In this document: one piece after another, positions 10,601 through 20,224 of the stretch
Numbering within the stretch: the stretch's first letter is position 1
Layout of the letters: each line of letters starts with the position of its first letter
DNA from: a virus
IMG/VR virus record: IMGVR_UViG_3300036770_005214
Span: 44,123 to 108,122 of that record
Strand: one strand, 5' to 3'
DNA: 64,000 nt
Position numbers and translations under genes: made by a program
Notes under the pieces: model-generated
Seen by the model: the letters and a program-made list of their open reading frames with translations, nothing else
What the model was told of the DNA's origin: nothing
Databases searched by the model: none

Positions 10601-11542
10601 TCGCCTCTGCCTGCCCCTTCGGCCCCCGCCGACCCCAACCGCAGCGTTGCTCGGCAGGCGGCTGACGACCTGATCGAAGGCATCCGGGGGACCGTCGGCG
10701 ACTACCGGCTGACCGCAAAGCCGGTGACGTTGATCGGAAGCGAATCCATCCTGCTCGACTGGTATCGCCTGCGCCCAGGGGAGATCCCTGCGCAGAACAT
10801 CGTCGAGAACGCGCCTGGGTTCCGCATCCGTGTCTCCCTCGCCGACGACGGCATGTGGAGCCCGGGTCAGGCGCCGAAGGGGAAGATCAAGGTCCAGATG
10901 GTCGCCGTTCACGGCTCGCGAGAGGGCTGGGGGCCCAACGGCACGCCCAACATGCGGGCCTACACCACCACCCGCGTTGGCGTCGAGGGTCTGGAGCAAG
11001 CGGTCGCTTACATCCTCAAGTGGTTCCACGGCAACACGAAAGTCCTCGTCGAGGGGCCGCCCGGAGGCTACGCGCCGAAGCCGAAGCCGACGGAAGGGGC
11101 GCCTCCCGTGGTGCGCGAGGTCCAGCGGGTGCGATACTCGACCGGCGGGCCGAAGGTCTACATCGTCGAGAACCCCGCCCTTGGGATGGAAGACTCCCTC
11201 GACTTCGCCACGATCGGCGAGGCGGAGGAGTTTCTGTCCCGCGCGCACAAGGGCGACAAGAACGTGCGGGTGTACGTCCGCCTGACGTGGCCGGACGGCG
11301 CCAACTATGCCGACGAGGTGGAGTGGCCCCGCCAGCAGATCTCCCCCGCCCTCCGCGGCCATCTGGAGCGCAACCTGAAGGACGACCCGCGCACCGCAGC
11401 GGCACGTCAGATGAAGGCTGCCGCACGCCGGATGACCGTGGAAGAACTGGACGCCGAAGCCCGTGGTTTCTTGGACCGCGATTGGGGGGTGTCCACGGAG
11501 TCCATGCGGGCGTATCGTCGGCAGTGGAAGGGGGGAAGGTGA
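7682..11542 (+). CDS. Large mosaic (polyvalent-type) protein with PE linker, hexapeptide beta-helix and a duplicated domain
   Basis: 1286 aa; (PE)n linker, A-x-V-x-G/D-N hexapeptide repeats, two copies of RSVA.QA..DLIEG..VGDY..W.RLRPG. Confidence 0.75.
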   Translation: MSYADAQRRKHAYLSWMLRTGPTQDPKRMPNPKSLSAPSSLIWTVLKRDGKYLPYVSNGHVLFPGIYDKVKDGASKHLHYPNEQDLYRQLHEMGEARKLPEWAGEDWHYVSSGTVESLIRAAGEDANVLSNPNMEALFPVRLRDTANGKEMEFVWPVEVYGSRPVSALLRPYAEMVTPVLGKVTKAYLPRGGRSPFRFENDDGEVFLVMPANLPMTEEEREAKRQVEEEENRKRMERAAEEKRQEKERKRQEEEKKAKLEDTDGYADQFGKLRRGTIVKSLLGKIRTNTFGILSLRDLIRKLVKEGYRVKVISGDRVISNGEGFWWEKDLGKISLDYAEWLIEKGYGPAQSEPEPTPSDLPSLSPEEEAHLFGEAPVEPAPAVPLPVQSISPVTKHVNGFLAFLAAQGISYPYAASLLAASSWYSTHRDHHHLPIGPFDPLPPFNPEIAEHRKLSQKGVEYQIGKSPMLFQGFDGQRKVALLRELGDLAQVVAYGINLKVPLTGACLVVGLVPLLEDRWAAAGYSEGDVELSEAAVREYPWLWKHLKKRLTTAPVTEPSVGPIDMPDMPAGTTAPEEPMGQLYEPEPYYTDTPEPEPEPEPEPEPEPEPEPEPGPPRISNEAVYHAGVKPLTPTQQPGVALASDGSVVTLTNEYVRQQRATMQPPPGEANVLKQHIRYNPPYDDPQVIDNARVTGKAQVSDHATISGNAQVWDIASVRGRATVTDNAKVFGGAKVFGKATISGNAVVTDSAEVWDNAVVTEDAHIIGNAKVFGDAHISGKATLVGGRVTGNARIGGDAQILGGLWDGSEGEITTGMWHSPPKPASDAPRSVAQQAVEDLIEGVRRIVGDYQTTGKREIGRFNNELVRLEWRRLRPGQKARSYDPPVPYVTFVIGCDSKPMTRNGAFPSWKQGEEPVGKLSVGASAPSGSWGLLGPPSQMSPYVTPDGGMAGLKQAIDHIFKWFERNKKALIGDSPLPAPSAPADPNRSVARQAADDLIEGIRGTVGDYRLTAKPVTLIGSESILLDWYRLRPGEIPAQNIVENAPGFRIRVSLADDGMWSPGQAPKGKIKVQMVAVHGSREGWGPNGTPNMRAYTTTRVGVEGLEQAVAYILKWFHGNTKVLVEGPPGGYAPKPKPTEGAPPVVREVQRVRYSTGGPKVYIVENPALGMEDSLDFATIGEAEEFLSRAHKGDKNVRVYVRLTWPDGANYADEVEWPRQQISPALRGHLERNLKDDPRTAAARQMKAAARRMTVEELDAEARGFLDRDWGVSTESMRAYRRQWKGGR
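9458..9520 (+). repeat. Coding tandem repeat (Pro-Glu)n
   Basis: About 10 CCC/CCG-GAG/GAA units. Confidence 0.9.
9740..10090 (+). repeat. Hexapeptide (left-handed beta-helix) repeats
   Basis: NARVTG KAQVSD HATISG NAQVWD ... NAKVFG DAHISG. Confidence 0.85.
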
Positions 11543-11961
11543 CAGCAGGTGAGTGCTATCAAATCGATCTCGGGAGGCAACGGATTGACTCGAAAGGCTG
11601 GGGGGTGAGCCTTTCGATGCAGCCGGGTACGACGCTGGAGGGCGTGTACCTCATCGTCTCCAAGAGCAAGGGCAAGACCCGAGCGATGATCAAGGCGGAC
11701 GGGCGTGTCCAGGTCTGCCGGACCTACACGCTGGAAGCGCAGAACCAGCACGCCATCCCCCGGTTCGATGGCAAGCCGTCGAGCATCTACCAGTACGGCC
11801 TCGACTGCACAGACGAGAGCGGCCGGCACATCTTCCGGGGGTCGACGCTCGCCATCGCCCTGGAGCAGCCCGACGGGCCGCCTGCGGAGGCGCTGGTGCT
11901 CGTGCGATGGCTCGGGCGTCCAGGTGCGGTCCGCGTTCTTTGCATGAGCGACGAGAACTAG
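11539..11961 (+). CDS. Hypothetical beta-rich protein
   Basis: GTG start overlapping the upstream stop (GTGA); protein-like C-terminal part of ORF 10855..11961. Confidence 0.55.
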   Translation: MTAGECYQIDLGRQRIDSKGWGVSLSMQPGTTLEGVYLIVSKSKGKTRAMIKADGRVQVCRTYTLEAQNQHAIPRFDGKPSSIYQYGLDCTDESGRHIFRGSTLAIALEQPDGPPAEALVLVRWLGRPGAVRVLCMSDEN

Positions 11962-14678
11962 CGGACCCGGACGAAATCCAGACCTCCAAGTCCTTTATTC
12001 CCTTCGATGATGGCGCGGGCTTCCCGCATCGTCCGGGCAGCATCGGGCTGGATGGGCTCGGGCATCGGGCGGGTGCTCGCGAGCATGACCTCGATAGCCA
12101 CCTGGGGGTTGGTGCGGAGCATCTGCACCATCTGGCCCCAGCCTGTCTCGGTGACGCCCGCGGGCCAGTTTGCCGGGCCCAGCTTGGCGAGCCAATCCGC
12201 GAACCGCTGTGCGGCCTCGTGCTGGTCAAGGCGTTGCAGGAGGGTGTGAATGGCCCCCTCGTCCCGCTTGAACCAGTCGCGGTAGTGGAGCACATCGCGA
12301 TTCAGCTTCTCGACCTTCGCCCGGTACTCCTCAAGCTCCTTCCGGGTCTGGGCCAACTCCGCCGCCGTCTTGGTGTCGACGGTCGACTTCGGCGCCTTCA
12401 GCTTGTAGACCTTGCTCACCATCTTGATGATCAGGGGCAGGGCCGGCGCCGCGTTGAAGCCCAGGTCCTCGCGGGCGCGGGAGAAGTCGTCGTTATGGCC
12501 CCTGCCGAGTCGAGGGACGTGTGCGATCTCGTGGGCGGCGATGTTGAACAGGTACGACGCCCAGAGGTCCGGCCGGTTCGGGTAGAGCTTCTGGTAGTCG
12601 TCGAACATGAGGGGGTTCACGCAGACATACGTCCGCATCCCCTTGTCCGTCTTGACCGCGAGCGCCATCCCCCGCGTTCCATCCTCCAGCACGAACCCGG
12701 GCTGGAAGTTCTGTGGCATACGAGCGCCATGGGTCAGCAGGCGCAGCGTCGAGTCCCAGCACGCGAGCAGCGGGACGTACCGCTTGATGTTCTTCTTGAA
12801 CGCCTTGACCTTCTCGGGAGCCATCTTCCGGGAGATTCGGATGAACGCTCGATTGCCGAACGGGTTGATCTTGTCGCGGGCCTTCTTGACCTCGGCCTGC
12901 CCGGCGGGCTCGGTGACGCGAACCACCGCATCGGCGAGCGCGCTCACCGCGGCGGCCTGGGTCATCCCCGTGGGTCCGCCCCCCAAGCCCCCTTGCACGA
13001 GAGCGGTGTCAATGTCTTTGATGAGGCCCAGGATGACCTTCGTATCGCCGGCGGTCGGCGTGTCCCCGTGCGAGAGGTTGCTCAGGATGGTCTGCACCTC
13101 GGTCGGGGGCGCGGCGGTCCCGGTGGCGTCGAGCAACGCGTTCAACACCCGTGCAATATCGGCGGGGTCCGTGGTGGTGCTGGCGATCTCCGTCGCCTTG
13201 TCAAACACCGTCTCGGGCTTCGGAGGCGGCTCCGCGCCCTCCTCTTCGGGTGCATACTGCGCCGGGTCGTTGGTGTAGCGGGCCATATCGGCCATCACCT
13301 CGCGCATATCCGGGGAGAGGCCGCTCACCGCCTCTTGGATCGCATCGTCCACGGCCGCCGCGCCCTTGCGCTCGGACTCGTCTGCGGCGTCGGGCAGAAT
13401 GTCCTCCCACTCCGCCTTCTCTTTCTTCTCCTTGGCGAGCGCCTGCTTCTGCCCCTCTTCGCTGGCGAGGGTCGAGCGGACGGTGCTGTAGCTCTCCATC
13501 GCGTTCGGATCGACGAACGAGTCTCGCGAGACGCGAAGGGGGTAGCCGGGGCTGTCGGGAGCCACGCCACGGGCCAGCGCAATATCGAAGAAGATGTCGC
13601 GATTGAGGGTGTTGTAGTCCTTGTCCGCGTGCTGGACGAGGTAGCAGGTTCCCCAAGGGGTCGTCTTGCGAAGGCGCAAGATCATGCGGTTGAAGTTGCT
13701 GGCGTACCCTTCCCGCTTGGCATCGAACATGCGAATGTCGACCGTCGCCGAAGGCGGGTCCGTCGCCGACCAGGACAGCGACTCCCACTCCGAGGTCGAC
13801 GACGAACGCTGGCCTTCGTACAGAAACTCGACGGGGGCGCCGTTCAACGTGATGCTGACCCCCGGGATCTTGTTCAACGCAAGCATCCCCCGGATGCGCT
13901 CATCGACCCAACTGGAAGTAAGGGTGTAGGGGGTCGACAGGTATGTGTTGGGGACGCCGTAAGCCACCACCTCGACGCCTTGGATGAAGGTGTCCGAGGT
14001 GAAGACGTCATACTGCTGCTTCGGGTTGGTGCTCGGGGACCGGATCTCCACATACCCCGTGCGGACACGCCAGCCCTCTTTGCCCGCGCCAAGGATGACG
14101 GCCTTGGCGGCGCCGAAGCCCCCAAACGCATCCCCTTCCTTCTGCGACCCGCCAAGGGTCAGGAACTTGCGGAGGCGCGGCGTAAGGGGCGCTGCCTTCG
14201 AGGGGCGGAAGGAGCGGTCGGCCATGCCGATCCCGTTGTCCGTCATCGTCAGCGTGCCCTTTTCGTAGCTATCGTCCGGCTCCCACTTGACCGCGAAGCT
14301 GGGCGAGAACCCAGACTCGGGCTCTTTCCGATGCCGCTCGGCGAGCCCGTCCAGGCTGTTCTGGAGGGCTTCGCGGACCGCGAGCACGGGGAGGTCGCCG
14401 CCGGCGTAGAACTTCTCGGTCAGCAGCGCCCACATGCGGGGCGCGTCCACTTCGAGCACGCCGCCGCCCACGGCCTCCATGCGGTCGATCGCGGCCATCG
14501 CCCCCCGGTGGTGGCTTCCGCACGAGCAGCCGCCCCGAGCGTAGCTGCGAAGCGCCTGCGCGATCGGAGCGTGCATCCCGAGACGCCCCGCGGCGACGGG
14601 CCCATCTCCCACAGACAAGCGGTCCACGGTCCGAGCGGGGAGGGCAAAGTCGAACGTGAACTGACGGGTCGCAGACAT
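11958..14678 (-). CDS. GHKL (Hsp90/MutL/MORC-like) ATPase fused to zincin-like metallopeptidase and coiled coil
   Basis: REALQNSLDG, MTDNGIGM, GGFGAAK; C-terminal AAHEIAH..GHNDDF. Confidence 0.8.
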   Translation of the reverse strand: MSATRQFTFDFALPARTVDRLSVGDGPVAAGRLGMHAPIAQALRSYARGGCSCGSHHRGAMAAIDRMEAVGGGVLEVDAPRMWALLTEKFYAGGDLPVLAVREALQNSLDGLAERHRKEPESGFSPSFAVKWEPDDSYEKGTLTMTDNGIGMADRSFRPSKAAPLTPRLRKFLTLGGSQKEGDAFGGFGAAKAVILGAGKEGWRVRTGYVEIRSPSTNPKQQYDVFTSDTFIQGVEVVAYGVPNTYLSTPYTLTSSWVDERIRGMLALNKIPGVSITLNGAPVEFLYEGQRSSSTSEWESLSWSATDPPSATVDIRMFDAKREGYASNFNRMILRLRKTTPWGTCYLVQHADKDYNTLNRDIFFDIALARGVAPDSPGYPLRVSRDSFVDPNAMESYSTVRSTLASEEGQKQALAKEKKEKAEWEDILPDAADESERKGAAAVDDAIQEAVSGLSPDMREVMADMARYTNDPAQYAPEEEGAEPPPKPETVFDKATEIASTTTDPADIARVLNALLDATGTAAPPTEVQTILSNLSHGDTPTAGDTKVILGLIKDIDTALVQGGLGGGPTGMTQAAAVSALADAVVRVTEPAGQAEVKKARDKINPFGNRAFIRISRKMAPEKVKAFKKNIKRYVPLLACWDSTLRLLTHGARMPQNFQPGFVLEDGTRGMALAVKTDKGMRTYVCVNPLMFDDYQKLYPNRPDLWASYLFNIAAHEIAHVPRLGRGHNDDFSRAREDLGFNAAPALPLIIKMVSKVYKLKAPKSTVDTKTAAELAQTRKELEEYRAKVEKLNRDVLHYRDWFKRDEGAIHTLLQRLDQHEAAQRFADWLAKLGPANWPAGVTETGWGQMVQMLRTNPQVAIEVMLASTRPMPEPIQPDAARTMREARAIIEGNKGLGGLDFVRVR

Positions 14679-14731
14679 CGCTTCCACCTCGGCACAGGTC
14701 TACCCCATGCGACCCTTCCGATCCAGCCTTC

Positions 14732-15178
14732 CTATCGGCGGAGGCGAGGCCGCATCGCGGGGAACACCTTGGGAGGCACGATGACCTCGCGCACGCCGAG
14801 GCCCGGATCGCGGTGCTGGTCGGTCGTCTCGACGCGGCTACGCCATGCGGAGAGGCGCTGGTCCTCTTCGATGACGCGCAGCCACGAGTAGTTTCGATTG
14901 TCGAGAAGGAGCCCCAGGACCTCCGACTGCTCGGTCTCTGGCACGTCGTAGTACCGGAAGAGGTAGTACAAGGTGTGCTGGCTCGGCGTGCGGGCGCCGC
15001 CCTCGTAGGACTTGATCGTGATGGTGGCGACGCCCATCGCCCGCGCGGCCTTGACCTGCCGGACCCCTTTGCGGGCCCGCCACTCGCGCAGTAGCTCCGC
15101 GAGACGCAGATAGCGCACGTTCTGTTGTTCGATCTCCGCTAACGCTTCCGCGACCACCGGATCGAGCGCCGTCTCCAT
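14732..15178 (-). CDS. XRE-family HTH transcriptional regulator
   Basis: LREWRARKGVRQVKAARAMGVATITIKSYEGGARTP; GGAGG RBS. Confidence 0.8.
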   Translation of the reverse strand: METALDPVVAEALAEIEQQNVRYLRLAELLREWRARKGVRQVKAARAMGVATITIKSYEGGARTPSQHTLYYLFRYYDVPETEQSEVLGLLLDNRNYSWLRVIEEDQRLSAWRSRVETTDQHRDPGLGVREVIVPPKVFPAMRPRLRR

Positions 15179-15186
15179 CCTTCCTC

Positions 15187-18100
15187 CTACGCAGGCAACG
15201 CTGGCCCAACCTTTTCCTGCACCCACTCGACAGTGGTCCCGAGAGTCGACTCCGAGACGACCGAGAACCAGCCCGAGGACGTCAGCGCCGCGAGGTTGAA
15301 GCCCGAGTAGACCGTCGTCCGAGAGCCCCCTTCGGTCAGCGCCGAGGCGTGCAGGTAGTCTCCCAACGAGTAGATCTTCAACTCGCTGCCAAACTTGGTG
15401 GTCTTGATGGTCGGAGGCACACCGTAGGGGTGCGCCATATCGAGCGTCAGGTTTCCGGGCGCCCCCTTGAACGTCAGTGCTTTCCCGAGCCCAGCCCCCC
15501 ACAAGAGCAGGTCGCGCACGCCGATGCCGGGCGTGTCCAGGAAGTCGAGCACGAGGTCATCGGTCTGCTGTGCCGCGAAGGCCGTCAGGTCCATCGCCGG
15601 GAGCATGGAGAGGCTGTTCGTCCCGGGCGGGATCTCAAGCGTCATCATGGGGTGCAGAACGCCCGCGAAGCCGTCGCCGGCAGACACGGTGTAGATCTCC
15701 AACGCCGAGCCCGTGTCGTAGGTCAGCGTCGACCCTTCGAGCATGTAGTAGGACCGAACCTTCTCGCCGCTCCGGGGCTCCAGGGACAGCGTGAAGTTGC
15801 CGACGTAGGTCCCGCCCGGCGAGATGATGTGCAGGAGGTAGTTGAAGGCCCCCGTAGCGGAGTCTTCGATCCCGCGGCGCTTGGGTAGCTCCACCCGCAC
15901 CAGCTTGCGGATGCGGCGAACCCGAGCGACCGGCGTCGGCACTTCCCCGAACGCGATCGGCGTACCGAGGTTGTTCAGCGGGACGGATTGAGCGGTCAAG
16001 ATCTCCGCGGCGGTCTCGCCCACCTGCTCCAGGGGCCGATCGAGCATCGGGCGCTCTTCGGGCTGGTCCAGGTTGATGGCGCTCCCGGGGCGCTCGCGCT
16101 GCTCGGGCACCAGCGTCCCGTACACCGAACGGGCGTCGAGAAGGGCCAGCGAGTCGTCGGCGAACAGAGAGCCGTACCGGACATTGACCTGTTCGCGGGG
16201 GATGACCTCGACCGTGTACTCGTTGAAGGGGGCCCGAAGCTCCATGTACCCGTGGAACACCATCTGTGGCGACCGGACCAGATAGCCGATCGTGCGGTCC
16301 CCGAAGCGGATGCGCAGCGTGTCTCCCGAGACGTCGGGGAACAGGTCGCCGAGACGGCGCCAGCCGAGCCGTTCGGTGGACAGGTCGTCGGCGATGATGG
16401 CGCTGACGAGTTGCCGGTATGCGGGGTGGACCTGGACGCGAAGGGCGACCTCGGGCGCGTTCTGGTTCAGCCACAGGATGAAGGTGTCCACCCGATCGGC
16501 CATCGGCCGGGGCGCCTCTTCGTGGGGCACCAAGTAGGCCTCGATGGCCTCCTCGGAGGTGGGCCAGGAGGAGACGATCAGCCCATCGACTGTGATGGCG
16601 TAGCGGCGCCCCTCCTTGAAGATCTCATACCCTGACGGGCCTTCGATGACCTCGATCTCCCGCAGGCGGGCGGCACGCTGGGCCTCCTCACGCTGCCGCA
16701 GTTGGAGGGCGGTGATCTTTCGGATGGCCCGCGTGGCGAGACCCGACGCCCCCTCCTTCCCGCAAACCATATACACGACGTTCTCGGCACGGGTCACCGC
16801 GACGTAGAAGAGCCGGACCTGTTCCTCACGCTCGGAACGTGTGCTCTTCTTCCGAGGCCACTCGCGGTCCGCGAGCACAAACACCGTCGGCCACTCAAGC
16901 CCCTTGCTGGAGTGCGCCGTCGTCAGCGACACAGCGTCCTTGGGCTTCTCTTCCTGGCTGTCATCCGGGTTTTTATTCTTCCCCTCTCGCCCACCCTTGA
17001 TGTACTCCATGAAGCTCTTGAAGTCTTGGAACTGCTCCGCCAAGTCTTTCATGGTGGTGTAGATCTCGACGGCGGAAGAGTTGCTGCCTCCGCCTTCCTC
17101 GCTCGTCTCCTCTTCCCCTTCCTCTTCCTCCCCATCTCCCATGGGGAGTTCTTCCCACTCCCTTAGGAGATTCATGGCGATTATCGGTGCGTCCTCCCAC
17201 TTTGCATCACACAACTCCTCCAACTCGTCCGCTACCGTGAGAAAGTCGTCGAAGGCGGCATCGCGCTTGCTGGTCACGAGCTTGTGAAGGCCGCCACGCA
17301 GCATGGGGACAATACCGGACTCTCCGCCCCTCCACCTGTCGCGAAATACTTTGTTCACGGACCCGCTGGGCAGGTACTTGAACCGTCCTCCAAAGAACTT
17401 GCTCTCGTCGTTCTTGAGGATCCCCATGAGGGCTTCTTTCGCGGCTTCCGGGTCTTCGATGCTCTTCGCTGCGAGGGCCAGGAGCATGAAGTACCGGGTG
17501 GCGGCTTTCCCCTCCAGCACCCCTTGCGTCTCCCGTGCATACATCGCCTTCAGGCCGCGACGGGTCAGCGCCCGCTCCACGAGCGCCAACGGTGCGTTGG
17601 TTCGGCTCACCACCGCAAAGTCGGTCAAGGGGCGGCCGTTGCGGACCACCTCATCGTAGATCTTCTCTGCGATAAACTTGGAAATGCCTATATCGGAAGC
17701 AGACGGCTTGAACTTGCGCCGGCCCGCAAGGCTTTCCTTCTCCGCTTCCTTCTCCACGCGCTCCAGGGCGGCCTTCTCCACCTCCTCTCGCTGCGCTTCG
17801 CTCAACGGGAGACCCTTCGAGTCGACCATCGTCAGGGTCACTTGCCCCTGGAACTTCTCGCCGAGCGTGCCACCGTAGCTGACCTCGTTCGGGCCGGTGA
17901 TGCGCATGGAGACCGCGGGGGTTCCGCTGGCCCACTCATACCGCTCCGTCTTTACCTTGACACCTTCGTCATTGGCGACGTAAGTCTCGTAAGTCGCGGT
18001 GATATTCCCCGCCTCGACGATCCAGTGCCCGGAGCGGTAGTTAGACGAGATCTCATACTTCTGCGTCTCGGGGCGCTGGGTGATCAACTCAAACATGCTG

Positions 18101-19341
18101 GGGTCGGCGCCGCGGAAGCTGTAGACGGCCTGTCGGGAGTCGCCGATCAGCAGGCAAGTCCCCTCGCTCATGCGGGCGACTTCGGCCGCGATATTCACCT
18201 GGATCCAGGTGTTGTCCTGGGCCTCATCCACGATGAACAGCTTGGCTTTCTTCGATACCTTCACGTTCCGGTAGTACGCGATCAGCAGGTCATCGGCGGT
18301 AAGGCGATACCGCCGCCTCTTGAGTTCGTTCGATTGCCTCCACAACTGGATGGCAAGCTCCGCGCCACTGGGGGACACTCCTGGCTCGGTCAGGCCATCG
18401 ACCAACTCTTCCCAATACCGCTTGACATCTTGATACCGAGTATAGTCCGGGTCACCTTTACTCGGAGGCTTGGCCTCATAGGCCTCCATATAGGCCTTCA
18501 ACTCCTTGTAGGAGTTGATGTTGCGGCTTTGTAGCTGACCCTGTACGATGGACTCAAACTTCCGAGCGATGGTCTTCGGGGCGTCCTTGAACGCGTCAAA
18601 GACCGTCTTTCCGGTCTGGGAAGTCTCGCGTCCAAATGAATCGGTCGTGGTCACCGTAAACCGGTAGGCGCGCATATCTGCCTGCCCGTAAACCTCGACA
18701 TCGCTGAATGGCCTTCCGGGATCAACCTGTCTGTGTTCGGAGCGCGCCGTTACATGCGGGTTCAGCAGGGAGTTTACATGCTCACGCACAAGAGCCTTCC
18801 CAAACTTGAAATCCCGGGGGGGAAGCACGGACGGAGGTAGGCTCTTGAAGGGCATCGAGTGATAGGTGCCGACCCGCATCCCCCAGATGACACCCTTGGG
18901 GATGTACTTTGCCAGCTTGCGGGTGAGGTCTGCGGCTGCCTTGCGGGTGAAGGTCGTGAGGACCATCTCGTTCGGGCTCATGCCGCCCGGCTCTCGCCGA
19001 AGAAACCGGTGATAGGCCTTGGCGGCGCCGAGGGTCACGCACCGGGTCTTGCCCGAGCCCGCGCAGGCGGAAGCCCGAAGGATGCGGTAGCCCTGCGAAC
19101 CCGACTCCGCGATGGCGTCCACGAGCAGCCGTTGTTGGGGGTCGCAGCTTTCGTAGTCCCGCAGGAAGTTCTCGTAGCCCTTCGCATTGGTGATGTCCTC
19201 AATGCTGGCAAACAGCTTCTCTTTCTCGGCATCACTTGATTCTTTCTCTGCCTCGTAGGCAGCGTCCCGATCTGCCTGCGAAACGATCGAGGTCACGCCT
19301 GGGATCAGCGGAATGTCTCTGGGGTTCGGGCAGAAGCTCAT
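15187..19341 (-). CDS. UvrD/PcrA superfamily-1 helicase with long C-terminal extension
   Basis: ACAGSGKT, TTFTRKAA, IVDEAQD, GDSRQAVYSFRGA, NYRS, SRTN, TAHSSKGLEW, LFYVAVTRA. Confidence 0.92.
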   Translation of the reverse strand: MSFCPNPRDIPLIPGVTSIVSQADRDAAYEAEKESSDAEKEKLFASIEDITNAKGYENFLRDYESCDPQQRLLVDAIAESGSQGYRILRASACAGSGKTRCVTLGAAKAYHRFLRREPGGMSPNEMVLTTFTRKAAADLTRKLAKYIPKGVIWGMRVGTYHSMPFKSLPPSVLPPRDFKFGKALVREHVNSLLNPHVTARSEHRQVDPGRPFSDVEVYGQADMRAYRFTVTTTDSFGRETSQTGKTVFDAFKDAPKTIARKFESIVQGQLQSRNINSYKELKAYMEAYEAKPPSKGDPDYTRYQDVKRYWEELVDGLTEPGVSPSGAELAIQLWRQSNELKRRRYRLTADDLLIAYYRNVKVSKKAKLFIVDEAQDNTWIQVNIAAEVARMSEGTCLLIGDSRQAVYSFRGADPSMFELITQRPETQKYEISSNYRSGHWIVEAGNITATYETYVANDEGVKVKTERYEWASGTPAVSMRITGPNEVSYGGTLGEKFQGQVTLTMVDSKGLPLSEAQREEVEKAALERVEKEAEKESLAGRRKFKPSASDIGISKFIAEKIYDEVVRNGRPLTDFAVVSRTNAPLALVERALTRRGLKAMYARETQGVLEGKAATRYFMLLALAAKSIEDPEAAKEALMGILKNDESKFFGGRFKYLPSGSVNKVFRDRWRGGESGIVPMLRGGLHKLVTSKRDAAFDDFLTVADELEELCDAKWEDAPIIAMNLLREWEELPMGDGEEEEGEEETSEEGGGSNSSAVEIYTTMKDLAEQFQDFKSFMEYIKGGREGKNKNPDDSQEEKPKDAVSLTTAHSSKGLEWPTVFVLADREWPRKKSTRSEREEQVRLFYVAVTRAENVVYMVCGKEGASGLATRAIRKITALQLRQREEAQRAARLREIEVIEGPSGYEIFKEGRRYAITVDGLIVSSWPTSEEAIEAYLVPHEEAPRPMADRVDTFILWLNQNAPEVALRVQVHPAYRQLVSAIIADDLSTERLGWRRLGDLFPDVSGDTLRIRFGDRTIGYLVRSPQMVFHGYMELRAPFNEYTVEVIPREQVNVRYGSLFADDSLALLDARSVYGTLVPEQRERPGSAINLDQPEERPMLDRPLEQVGETAAEILTAQSVPLNNLGTPIAFGEVPTPVARVRRIRKLVRVELPKRRGIEDSATGAFNYLLHIISPGGTYVGNFTLSLEPRSGEKVRSYYMLEGSTLTYDTGSALEIYTVSAGDGFAGVLHPMMTLEIPPGTNSLSMLPAMDLTAFAAQQTDDLVLDFLDTPGIGVRDLLLWGAGLGKALTFKGAPGNLTLDMAHPYGVPPTIKTTKFGSELKIYSLGDYLHASALTEGGSRTTVYSGFNLAALTSSGWFSVVSESTLGTTVEWVQEKVGPALPA

Positions 19342-19426
19342 GGTGACCTCGGCAAGTGGATCGGGTGGGAGCAGAAACCTACGCCCACCGTGTAGCCCTA
19401 AGGGCTCTACTTGGCAACCTAGTAGA

Positions 19427-19729
19427 TCAGCCCTTCAGTTCGCTGCTCGGGCGGAACACAAACTTCTTCTTGGCCTTCACGCGGACCGTCTTGCCAAACG
19501 CTTTCATGGTCCGAGCCTTGGTCGCCCGCACGCGGAACGTCCCGAAGCCCTTGATGCGCACCGGATGGCCGCCCTTCACATGCGCCACGATCTGCTCAAA
19601 CAGGAAGCCAACGGCATCCTTCGCCGCCGTCTTCGAGCAGCGCATACCCGCACCGGTCATGTGCTCCGCAAGCTCACGAGCCAGCGTCACCGTCGTCGCA
19701 CTCTTCGTCTTCGCCTTCGCCTTTGCCAT
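19427..19729 (-). CDS. hup: HU/IHF-family DNA-binding protein
   Basis: VRIKGFGTFRV..KAR..FRPSSELK; GGAGG RBS before ATG 19729. Confidence 0.88.
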   Translation of the reverse strand: MAKAKAKTKSATTVTLARELAEHMTGAGMRCSKTAAKDAVGFLFEQIVAHVKGGHPVRIKGFGTFRVRATKARTMKAFGKTVRVKAKKKFVFRPSSELKG

Positions 19730-19930
19730 AGAAACCTCCGCCGAGAGGCTAACATACGCCACCAGCGGAGCAAACACCGCTGCTTCCGCGACGTATACCC
19801 CCTTTGGGCATCCCCCGTCCCGGATACACCGCTTCGTATACCACGAAAGGCGGAATACGTCACGGCATGGTCCGCGAAGACCGGGTAGCATCCCCGTGTG
19901 AGGCTACCGCGCCCACTCTAAGGAGCCACC

Positions 19931-20215
19931 ATGGCGTTCACCGTCACCCGTTACCGTGCCAACAACCCGGGCCAGAATACCCGGTACTTCGACATCACCG
20001 CCCTCGATGCCGACCTGACCACCACCTTCAACCACAACTGCGGTTGGACCCCGGACGACTGGGATCTCGTCTCGACCGACGGCTCCCCCTGCGCCTACGC
20101 GGGCGTGTGGCGTGCGCAGGTCAACGCGACCCAGGTCACCATCACCAAGTCCGGTGCGGGTAGCTCGGGCGGCGCGGTGCGTCTCACCTTGAACCACTCC
20201 GCGCTTCGTCCCTGA
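19931..20215 (+). CDS. Small beta-rich putative virion protein
   Basis: AAGGAG RBS; Thr/Val-rich strands, FNHNCGWTPD. Confidence 0.55.
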   Translation: MAFTVTRYRANNPGQNTRYFDITALDADLTTTFNHNCGWTPDDWDLVSTDGSPCAYAGVWRAQVNATQVTITKSGAGSSGGAVRLTLNHSALRP

Positions 20216-20224
20216 TTCTGGCCT

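Noticed and set aside
11907-14891. 994-aa plus-strand ORF
   Set aside because: Antisense shadow of the GHKL gene; no motifs, and expected in high-GC coding DNA
19345-19425. tRNA or ncRNA in the HU-helicase gap
   Set aside because: Only short hairpins; no cloverleaf or T-loop consensus seen
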